The notes under the pieces were generated by a model. It ran no database searches. It had not been told where the DNA came from and was given only the letters and a program-made list of their open reading frames with translations. Of a stretch of 41,883 nt of DNA, positions 31,731 to 38,731 are shown piece after piece (position 1 is the stretch's first letter; every line of letters begins with the position of its first letter). The position numbers were made by a program, and so were the translations under genes. Source of the stretch: a virus. Location of the stretch: IMG/VR virus record IMGVR_UViG_3300045988_090545. One strand, written 5' to 3'.

Positions 31731-31802
31731 CCGCGTGAACCGGATTCGAACCGATATTACACCATTTCCATAGTGCAGTTTTTGCCATTAAACTATCACG
31801 CA
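31731..31802 (-). tRNA. tRNA-like gene with canonical acceptor, D and T arms but a non-canonical anticodon arm
   Basis: Hand fold. Acceptor TGCGTGA/TCACGCG. D arm GTTT-AATGGCAA-AAAC. T arm ATCGG-TTCGAAT-CCGGT. Anticodon stem CACTA/TGGTG encloses only 6 nt (TGGAAA), or a 4-bp stem encloses 8 nt. No encoded CCA. Confidence 0.5.
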
Positions 31803-31855
31803 GGGCTTTCGCCTTTAGGAGAGGTCTGAAAGAATATAAGAATGCCTGCGATTTA

Positions 31856-31884
31856 ATTTTATCACACTTGTTATTTTATGTAAA
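31856..31884 (-). promoter_or_regulatory. Promoter TTTACA-17-TAAAAT upstream of the tRNA-like gene and scaffold-capsid operon
   Basis: On the minus strand, -35 at 31884-31879 and -10 at 31861-31856. Lies just downstream of a terminator. Confidence 0.5.
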
Positions 31885-31924
31885 TATTAAATATCTAGTG
31901 TTTTTATATCGCATGTTATTTCAC

Positions 31925-31954
31925 ATAAAAAGAGAGCAGTTTTACCTGCCCTCT
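31925..31954 (-). terminator. Rho-independent terminator ending the accessory operon
   Basis: Minus sense AGAGGGCAG-GTAAAA-CTGCTCTCT (one mismatch) followed by TTTTAT. Confidence 0.7.
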
Positions 31955-31961
31955 TCTGATT

Positions 31962-32420
31962 TTACATTCTCTCAAGCATCTTAATGTACTTGTCGATGGT
32001 CTCGCGCTCTTCCGGTGTGTCAGCATCACGCTTAAGTTCCTTCAGTTTGTTATGCATGTCTCCCATAAAGTCCTCAAGATCTGCGAGCATACTCTGCTTA
32101 CTAGCCATAGAATGGTCATTTCGGTACATCCGCTTGCTGTCCATGTATCTTTTCTCAGAGTAATCACCGTCATCATATGAGTTGCCATCATCGTATCTGC
32201 GAGAATACCTTCCCATGCTGTCTCTCTTGGCTCTCATCCGTCCTCTTGCTTGGCTGTATCGGTCATCATCGTACTCTTCCATGCCCTCAACAGTCTTGAG
32301 ATCCTTGTACATATCAATCAGCTTGAATGCGGTATCAAGATTTCCAGTGGTCAACCCCTTATCCGCAATCTTGTCGATTTCCTCGCAAATTACATCTAAC
32401 ATCTTGTCATGTCTCATCAT
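31962..32420 (-). CDS. Hypothetical protein with a D/R/Y/S-rich low-complexity centre
   Basis: ORF with GAGGTGA upstream of the ATGs at 32420/32417. Centre YDDDRYSQARGRMRAKRDSMGRYSRRYDDGNSYDDGDYSEKRY is flanked by helical ends. Confidence 0.6.
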   Translation of the reverse strand: MMRHDKMLDVICEEIDKIADKGLTTGNLDTAFKLIDMYKDLKTVEGMEEYDDDRYSQARGRMRAKRDSMGRYSRRYDDGNSYDDGDYSEKRYMDSKRMYRNDHSMASKQSMLADLEDFMGDMHNKLKELKRDADTPEERETIDKYIKMLERM

Positions 32421-32422
32421 GC

Positions 32423-32812
32423 TCACCTCACATTCTCGACACGCAGAGTGCCGCTTACTGTCACACCTGCAGTATCAATCTGCAAACCAACATTCGCAAC
32501 ATTAGGATACTGCGCCAGTACGGTTCTGATCGCATCTACAATCGGCACCGTCACAAATCCAGCAGCTGTGGTGGTGGCTGTTACTGTCGTACCAGTAGCA
32601 ACACCGTCTGCCAGAACTGACACGACAACATTACCGGCAACCCCGGACAGTGTAAGCGCGGCATCAATGTCCCACAGACCGCCAGTCCGCAGAGACAAAA
32701 GGCCGTTGCTGTTTGTGATTTTACTGTTGGTATTTTTTACAGTCTGGAATGGGATATACTGTCCAACCACAGAAGTCCATCCCGTTACTCTTCCTAAGAA
32801 CATAATATTCAC
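32423..32812 (-). CDS. BclA-C-terminal-domain / C1q-TNF-like jelly-roll protein (tentative)
   Basis: 129 aa. YIPFQTV..N..ITNSNGLLSLRTGGLWDIDAALTLSG..VVVSVLADGVA..VPIVDAI..VGLQI..VTVSGTLRVENV resembles the BclA CTD strand pattern. RBS AAAGAGGTG upstream. Confidence 0.45.
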   Translation of the reverse strand: MNIMFLGRVTGWTSVVGQYIPFQTVKNTNSKITNSNGLLSLRTGGLWDIDAALTLSGVAGNVVVSVLADGVATGTTVTATTTAAGFVTVPIVDAIRTVLAQYPNVANVGLQIDTAGVTVSGTLRVENVR

Positions 32813-32825
32813 CTCTTTCTGTCAG

Positions 32826-32853
32826 AAAAAGGGCGCACCCGCAGGCACACCCT
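32826..32853 (-). terminator. Intra-operon GC-rich hairpin plus T-tract (attenuator/terminator)
   Basis: Minus sense GGGTGTGCC-TGC-GGGTGCGCCC followed by TTTTTCTG. Confidence 0.55.
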
Positions 32854-32886
32854 ATTCCCGAATAAGCCTTACGCTCCGATTACTCG

Positions 32887-33636
32887 CTATGCAATTGTGG
32901 TACCGTTATAATACCCAGCATAGGTCTGCCCACAGCAACAGTACGGGTTCTGTACCACGTATGCCGGTGTAGGACTGGGTCTCAACTGATTTACAAGGTA
33001 CTGGTTCTGTGCACTCTGAGATGCCGCAAGCTGTAAGGAATTGATCTGCTGATTCTGTTCAGCAATGCGCTGATTGAGTGCTTCCACCTTGTTAGCCTGG
33101 ATAGCGTCAAGGATTGCACGGGTTCCTGCGTTCTGATTTTCGATAATATCTCTAGTGTTGTTAGAGTTATTATAGTTCGTCTGGCAGAAACCACTCTGAA
33201 TCGCATTGTTGGTGGTGTTTGCGTTCTGCAGTGCATCATAGCGGCTCTGGCAGCAACAATCTGCGATCTGAGTCTGCAAACCGTTAAATCCCTGCATCAT
33301 TGCCACATTGGTAGCATTTCCCTGTGTTAAGATGTTGGTGTTCACGCCATTGATAAGCTGTGCCTGCGTGTAAAAGCCATCGCACATCCCGGTGTTGACA
33401 CTATCAATCTTTCTCTCAATGTTCGCAAAGTCGGAAGTAAGTACATATCCGTCTACCGCAGAACCGGAGCCACCACCGTAGCCACCGAATCCACGACCGC
33501 CGAATCCGCCCCATCCGAACATACACAAGAAGAAAAGAATGATCCACCAACCATTACCGTCTCCGAACCCGTCGTTGTTTCTTCCGTTGCCCTGTAAAAG
33601 AGCAACATCACTTGCTGATAATCCGTCCGTCATCAT
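32887..33636 (-). CDS. Membrane-anchored Gly-rich, N/Q-rich protein with two Cys triplets
   Basis: 249 aa. TM WWIILFFLCMFGW, then GGFGGRGFGGYGGGSGS, then a long N/Q/T-rich region with DCCCQ and C-terminal PYCCCGQ. RBS AAGGAG upstream. Confidence 0.7.
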   Translation of the reverse strand: MMTDGLSASDVALLQGNGRNNDGFGDGNGWWIILFFLCMFGWGGFGGRGFGGYGGGSGSAVDGYVLTSDFANIERKIDSVNTGMCDGFYTQAQLINGVNTNILTQGNATNVAMMQGFNGLQTQIADCCCQSRYDALQNANTTNNAIQSGFCQTNYNNSNNTRDIIENQNAGTRAILDAIQANKVEALNQRIAEQNQQINSLQLAASQSAQNQYLVNQLRPSPTPAYVVQNPYCCCGQTYAGYYNGTTIA

Positions 33637-33687
33637 AGTATAATCTCCTTCGATTATTTTTATTTGCTAAAGTCGTGTCGACCCGAC

Positions 33688-33885
33688 TTATTGCCCTAAC
33701 ATAGATTTATATTGCTGTGCTACTTGTTGCACCTGATTAAGCTGTTGCTGATTAATTCTGCCGTTCTGCAACATCCGCATAACCTCGTCCTTTGGATTGA
33801 CATTTTGGAATTGCTGCCGGAACTGTTGGTATGCTGTGAGAATATTATTGCTGTTTCCCATTGCGTCAAATATCGGACTGCTCAT
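33688..33885 (-). CDS. Small Q-rich protein
   Basis: 65 aa from the ATG at 33885, with GAGGGGGAACAGGAA upstream. QQFRQQFQ..INQQQLNQVQQVAQQ. Confidence 0.5.
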   Translation of the reverse strand: MSSPIFDAMGNSNNILTAYQQFRQQFQNVNPKDEVMRMLQNGRINQQQLNQVQQVAQQYKSMLGQ

Positions 33886-34330
33886 TTCCTGTTCCCCCTC
33901 GTCTTGATTTTGATTTGTTTGTGGAATCAGCCATTCCATTAAGTCTATCAATGATAGCCTCGTATTGTCTTTTTAAGCCGTCGTATTCGTCTCTCGTGAC
34001 ATATTTACTGTCAAGATTGATTTCTGCTGTATTTGAGGATTGTAGAGCGTTCTGCGGTGCGTTCGACACTTCTTTATATTCAAATATGCGCAAGCTAGGC
34101 ATTCCAGAGTTGTCCGCAGATTTTAGATAGAATCGTGTTGCGTCACTATCCATCAATAAGACCGTGCTATTCGGTGCGACAAGGTAAGACTTCGCCCCTA
34201 CTTCACCGGATACCCAGTTTATCCCACTGTTAGCAGTAGGAGATTGTGAGAATCCTTGCGATTGCATAGTTTGTAAACCCTGTGGCTGATAGCCTGTCTG
34301 AAATTGCTGATATGGATTCATGTACGGCAT
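33866..34330 (-). CDS. Protein with prion-like Q/P/Y-rich N-terminus and a compact beta-rich domain
   Basis: 154 aa. MPYMNPYQQFQTGYQPQGLQTMQSQGFSQSP, then GINWVSGEVGAKSYLVAPNSTVLLMDSDATRFYLKSADNSGMPSLRIFEYKE. RBS GGAGG upstream. Confidence 0.7.
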   Translation of the reverse strand: MPYMNPYQQFQTGYQPQGLQTMQSQGFSQSPTANSGINWVSGEVGAKSYLVAPNSTVLLMDSDATRFYLKSADNSGMPSLRIFEYKEVSNAPQNALQSSNTAEINLDSKYVTRDEYDGLKRQYEAIIDRLNGMADSTNKSKSRRGGTGNEQSDI

Positions 34331-34430
34331 TGCTTGATTCCTCCAATTTATTTAGTTCGTCCATGATGTCTCTGTCATCTATCGAGAGATAGAGATTACT
34401 ATAATCTGTTTTCATACTCTAATTTTGGCA

Positions 34431-34477
34431 TAAAGAAAGAGCCTTAACGAGTGCGTAAAAGGCTCATTTAAGGCTCT
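34431..34477 (-). terminator. Rho-independent terminator after the sigma-like gene
   Basis: Perfect 10-bp stem AGAGCCTTAA/TTAAGGCTCT with a 20-nt loop, followed on the minus strand by TTCTTTA. Confidence 0.7.
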
Positions 34478-34485
34478 AATAAGTG

Positions 34486-34689
34486 TCACATGGACAATTT
34501 ATCTATTTTGTTTTTTATGCGCTTATTTAATCGTTTAGCAGTGCTGAGAGACACATTCATGCGCTCTGCACATTCTTCCAGTGGTACATCTACGCACCGC
34601 ATATCAAACAGTGTGCGCTCATCCTCTGTAAAATTACATTCTGCCAGTAGATACCTGATCTCCGGCATTGTAAATTCACAGATTTTCAA
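34486..34689 (-). CDS. Small sigma-70 region-4-like HTH protein (putative late regulator)
   Basis: 67 aa. FTEDERTLFDMRCVDVPLEECAERMNVSLSTAKRLNKRIKNKI fits the sigma region 4 / LuxR-type HTH. TTG start lies 6 nt after GGGGGA. Confidence 0.55.
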   Translation of the reverse strand: MKICEFTMPEIRYLLAECNFTEDERTLFDMRCVDVPLEECAERMNVSLSTAKRLNKRIKNKIDKLSM

Positions 34690-34702
34690 TTTTTATCCCC
34701 CA

Positions 34703-34996
34703 CTACTTGGAATCCGCAAGATATTTAATCATATTGTCCTTGGTCGTTTTTAGATTTTCTACGTTGTTTCCGGTCAACTGCGCATCAATCATTGCTATCA
34801 TTCCTTGGCAGAGAAGAGACTGCGCATTTTTTATAGCTTCTATGGATTCATAATCATTATCAGATTTTTTCTCCAACTCTTCAACACGCTTTCCTAACTT
34901 TACCGCTGGGTTAATAGCTTTCCAAACAATAGCAACCGCACCGCCTACAATCGAGACACCGCCGCAAATCGAAAAAAATGTGTTCAAAAACTCCAT
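34703..34996 (-). CDS. N-terminal-TM plus coiled-coil protein (BhlA/UviB-like topology)
   Basis: 97 aa. TM FFSICGGVSIVGGAVAIVW, then a charged coiled coil. RBS AAGGAG upstream. Confidence 0.55.
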   Translation of the reverse strand: MEFLNTFFSICGGVSIVGGAVAIVWKAINPAVKLGKRVEELEKKSDNDYESIEAIKNAQSLLCQGMIAMIDAQLTGNNVENLKTTKDNMIKYLADSK

Positions 34997-35020
34997 AATA
35001 ATTATTCTCCTTTTGTACTT

Positions 35021-35383
35021 TTATTTCTGCCAGTAATACAGTGGTACTTCCCGCCCGGAATCCCACGAATCATAGTACACACCGTCAATCACGCAGACAA
35101 CATGGCCTTGCAATGCAAGGACATAAATACCGTCCGTGTGCTCTTCGGCAAATTCCGCTACTGTGCAGTCACAATCACAGATTTTACGGTGATATCCCTT
35201 GTCTGCAAGCAGTTTACCCCATACACGGTTGGCAGATGGCATATCCTTCAGCCAGTAGGCATATGCGACCAGCTCCGAAAAGCACTTGTCCCAGTCCATA
35301 CAAAAAGACTTGCACAGTGCCCGGACAACGCAGTCACCGACCGTGGCTCCGTTCGGATTCGGATTATAATACGTATACATCAT
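35021..35383 (-). CDS. Putative papain-fold (C39-like) cysteine peptidase, coupled to the MuF gene
   Basis: 120 aa. Ordered Cys (VGDCVVRAL), His (LQGHVVCVIDG) and Asp (YYDSWDSG). ATGA overlap with the MuF stop. Confidence 0.45.
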   Translation of the reverse strand: MMYTYYNPNPNGATVGDCVVRALCKSFCMDWDKCFSELVAYAYWLKDMPSANRVWGKLLADKGYHRKICDCDCTVAEFAEEHTDGIYVLALQGHVVCVIDGVYYDSWDSGREVPLYYWQK

Positions 35384-36666
35384 ATCACCCCTATTCCCAG
35401 TCTGTCGGAATAATATGGCAGACCGTATTTTTTGCAATGTTCCTGATACTTTTCGACAGCTTTCTTTATTTTTTCTGTCAACAGTGCAATCTTTGCATCC
35501 GTGTCCTCGTTCCGCGGAATCTGCTGCAGAGCCTTCCGCTCACCTTTCATTCTGCGTATACTCCGCTCCATTGCCCGCTGTTCTTGCTCATGCCGGTACC
35601 GCTCCTCATTCTTTTTCGGGTCAATCGGATCATCATGGTTGATATTAACTCCCGGGAGCCACATCTGAAACGTATGCCGGCAGTTTATACCGATGATTCC
35701 CTCAATCTGGCCGTATCCGCAAGTCTCCACAAAGTCAGGGTAGTTATATTTCTTTTCTACCATGAGTTTCTGCTTCAATTCTTGCAAATAGCCAAATTCC
35801 TTGTCTTGCAATGGCACAGATGCCATGTTTTTAATGAGCACATCTTTTGTCCAGTCAAGGGAATAAATCTTGCCTTGCCACCATGAATGGTTTGTGTAGT
35901 CATCATGCTTGGTAACTCTCGCTCCCAAATGCTGACTGACTTTGACATACTGGATTCCCATTTCTGAGCAGCGGGTAAGAATGATCTCGCTGTTTGCCTG
36001 GTTGATTCCAGTGCGGACCGACCTTGCAATAGCTGTGTCAATCTTGTCCGTGTGCCCTGTGCCATATTCTACTGTTGTAATCCCACGTTTGGCAAGGTCT
36101 CCAACAACATCATTAACAGCTTGCTGTACTGGCACTCCTGCCTGCGCTTTCATGTAAATATCATCACAGGCTTGCACGTATTCATTCTGCACAGATACAG
36201 CAGTGGTCTTGGTCAGATTTCTGACAGTGCCGTTCGTGCGCTTGTATGCGTTTTCCAACTTCATGATTTCCATACGGGTCATGTTCAGGTCCTTGGCAGA
36301 CCGCGGAATGTTCTCGAAAGTATATTCCGGCATCTCCCGGTTGATGTTGTACTCATGGATCATTAATTTTGAAAATTCATAGTTGTATGCTGCTATGGTG
36401 TTAGCAGATTCTAAAAATGCCTTATGGATCTCTGAGGATATGTCCGGCAATGCATCCTCTATGGTCTTGCGGATCTCGTCAAATGTGTATCCGCTCTGCA
36501 CAATCTGATGCAATTTATGGATGGTAGACGGCATCAATATGTCTTTACCAGTGTAAAAGGCTTCTACGATCTTTTTTACAACCTCTTTCAGTAACTGGTT
36601 GTTCAAACGATTGACCGCCAGTTCTACCCCTTGGATCACCTCATTCAAATATTCAGGAGTTATCAA
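35380..36666 (-). CDS. Head morphogenesis protein (SPP1 gp7 / Mu F family)
   Basis: 428 aa. ..GIIGINCRHTFQMWLPGVN.. matches the MuF core. Lies downstream of the portal. TTG start overlaps the upstream TGA. Confidence 0.8.
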   Translation of the reverse strand: MITPEYLNEVIQGVELAVNRLNNQLLKEVVKKIVEAFYTGKDILMPSTIHKLHQIVQSGYTFDEIRKTIEDALPDISSEIHKAFLESANTIAAYNYEFSKLMIHEYNINREMPEYTFENIPRSAKDLNMTRMEIMKLENAYKRTNGTVRNLTKTTAVSVQNEYVQACDDIYMKAQAGVPVQQAVNDVVGDLAKRGITTVEYGTGHTDKIDTAIARSVRTGINQANSEIILTRCSEMGIQYVKVSQHLGARVTKHDDYTNHSWWQGKIYSLDWTKDVLIKNMASVPLQDKEFGYLQELKQKLMVEKKYNYPDFVETCGYGQIEGIIGINCRHTFQMWLPGVNINHDDPIDPKKNEERYRHEQEQRAMERSIRRMKGERKALQQIPRNEDTDAKIALLTEKIKKAVEKYQEHCKKYGLPYYSDRLGIGVI

Positions 36667-37184
36667 TTATTCAAGTCACTCCCCTCTAATACCCGTCTGA
36701 CTACTTCCACCCAGTCATCACCGTATCTCTCAATAGCTTCCACATCCCACAAGGAGATTGCTTCAGGGTTTGTATAGTTCAGCGGTTCTCCACTTGGGAT
36801 CTTTGTTACACCCTTGCGGCTCCACCATTGTCCTTCTTTATCTGGCAAGATACCGTAAAAGCCACCAACCCGCCACACCGGGTCAATGTATTTCTCACCC
36901 ATGTACATATAATGCGCATACGGCAGAGTAGGGTCATACACATGGACTTCACCTGATCCGGCAGACACTTCATTCAGAGCGTTGGTTCTACGGATCAACT
37001 CCCCGTCTCTCCGCGGCATATGCCGTTTCATATCGTCCCATACCTGGTTGTCCAGCGCAAGCTGTGCCCGGTCAAGAGCCGCTCCCAATGGCTGGAAGTT
37101 AATATCTATCCGAATACCCTTTTCCGTCCGGTGGATAGAGTATTTATGAAATTCTGATGCATAGTAATTCTTGTCATGTGCCAC
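36663..37184 (-). CDS. Minor capsid-like protein
   Basis: 173-aa ORF between the portal and MuF genes. GTG start follows AAAGGGGTG. Call based on synteny only. Confidence 0.5.
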   Translation of the reverse strand: MAHDKNYYASEFHKYSIHRTEKGIRIDINFQPLGAALDRAQLALDNQVWDDMKRHMPRRDGELIRRTNALNEVSAGSGEVHVYDPTLPYAHYMYMGEKYIDPVWRVGGFYGILPDKEGQWWSRKGVTKIPSGEPLNYTNPEAISLWDVEAIERYGDDWVEVVRRVLEGSDLNN

Positions 37185-37318
37185 TCTATCACCCCTTTAG
37201 GATTTTTTTAGAAAGGAGGCTATAACCGCTTATTCTCTCACTTCTCGGTCAGCGCAAATGCAGAAGATGATAAGTTATTTGTGTTCTATCATGCTTAAAT
37301 GGTAAAAGAGCAATCAAA

Positions 37319-38731
37319 TTACTCTGGAAACAGCGTTTCTTCATTTGGCTGGGCTTCTTTCACCATAGCTTTGGCTTCTTCTTTGCTCATACCCTCGAAT
37401 TTTACGAAAAACATCCATGCCGGAACCTTGCCCGCTTGAACATATTGCCACCACCTAAGGCGGTCTTCCTCCCGGTTGTATGTAATATCACCGAAGTCGT
37501 ATGTCACGTCATATGTTCCTGCCGGAGCCAATTCGTACAGTGTAGCCATCACGTCCAGTGCATAGATGGTATCATCCAAACAGTCCTCTAATTTGTCCCG
37601 GACATCCTTGATAAACTGGATTGTCCTGCGGTCATCTGATTCGACCTGCGTGGCGGTAACCATGCCAGTTTTTTGATTGAATACGAAATATCCATTACTG
37701 AAGCCAATCTTATATCCGATCTGTGACAGAATAGCATTAATTCCATCAAGTCTGGCCTGTGTCTGTAAGGTAGGATTGATCTCCTGGTAGAAGTCATCTG
37801 ATCCGTTGCCCTCTACCACCTTGACATAATTCGGCATACCCATCTTTTCTTTCATCCTGCCTGCGGCAATAGTGGGATCAAGTCTAAACAGCTCTGAAGC
37901 CTGGAACGGGAACAGTTTGTCGGCATCCATCAACACTGTGCGCTTGCTGTCCACGATCTCCTTGCTGTTTCGGCTGTAAGCAATATCAAGGTCTTTCAAC
38001 TCCTCAATAGCTTCTGCAAATATCGGCATAGATAGAGGACTGTTGATATCAATATTATTTGCCTGCGGTGTGCGAAGGACACCATATAAAGGTTGGTCTA
38101 TTCCACCAATAACGGCACTTTCAAGCAGTCCGCTCCACGGTGTCACAGAGATATCTACCTTTTTGTATGTATCGTCCTTGCTTTTACCCTCATAGCACAC
38201 GTTGTCTATCAGATAAGAGCCATTATCGGCAAATCTGTGATATTCCAGTCGGGTGTACCACAGATCCTTTTTAACTTTTTCGGAAAAATAGAAGATAACA
38301 CCAGTTATTTTATCATTCACGCATTCCGTCACCAAAAATCTGTCCGGTGTAAACAAGTCAATCCCCGTGCCGTTTGGCTTAAGGATCACTGTGCCGTACA
38401 CGCAGCCATATTCTACCCAGTGCCGGAGATTGAAATACACATTCTCGATCTGCTGTTGCAGCCAGTCCGCCCGCGCAGAGCCATCAACCGTGATCCCGAT
38501 GGCAAGAGTGGCCAGTCGCGCAACCTCGGAGCAGATGGACTTTGCAAAGTTGATAGTCTTGACATGGTCTTTCTCATCCAACCATTCCGGTTTGCCCTGA
38601 TAGATTTGCACACACTGCTTGATAAATTCGTCCATCGTGTCTGTATTGATAGCATCCACCAAGAATTCATCTTCCGCTTTTCTCTTTAACAGCATATTTA
38701 CCCATCCTTTTATAGTCTGAATCAGTCCCAT
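37319..38731 (-). CDS. Portal protein (SPP1 gp6-like)
   Basis: 470 aa. TAATG coupling to TerL. The N-terminal ..FIKQCVQIYQGKPEWLDEKDHVKTINFAKSICSEVARLA.. is typical of SPP1-family portals. Confidence 0.85.
   Translation of the reverse strand: MGLIQTIKGWVNMLLKRKAEDEFLVDAINTDTMDEFIKQCVQIYQGKPEWLDEKDHVKTINFAKSICSEVARLATLAIGITVDGSARADWLQQQIENVYFNLRHWVEYGCVYGTVILKPNGTGIDLFTPDRFLVTECVNDKITGVIFYFSEKVKKDLWYTRLEYHRFADNGSYLIDNVCYEGKSKDDTYKKVDISVTPWSGLLESAVIGGIDQPLYGVLRTPQANNIDINSPLSMPIFAEAIEELKDLDIAYSRNSKEIVDSKRTVLMDADKLFPFQASELFRLDPTIAAGRMKEKMGMPNYVKVVEGNGSDDFYQEINPTLQTQARLDGINAILSQIGYKIGFSNGYFVFNQKTGMVTATQVESDDRRTIQFIKDVRDKLEDCLDDTIYALDVMATLYELAPAGTYDVTYDFGDITYNREEDRLRWWQYVQAGKVPAWMFFVKFEGMSKEEAKAMVKEAQPNEETLFPE

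Noticed and set aside
34230-34415. 61-aa ORF overlapping the start of the Q-rich gene
   Set aside because: It has a weak SD and a ~100-nt out-of-frame overlap with a gene that has a strong GGAGG start. It is probably non-coding leader, and it contains a TCTATC-TCTC-GATAGA dyad.
37192-37210. Plus-strand CTTTAGGATTTTTTTAG as an eighth copy of the array element
   Set aside because: It is on the opposite strand, matches only TTAGGATTT, and is not positioned at a gene start in that orientation. It is most likely a chance match.
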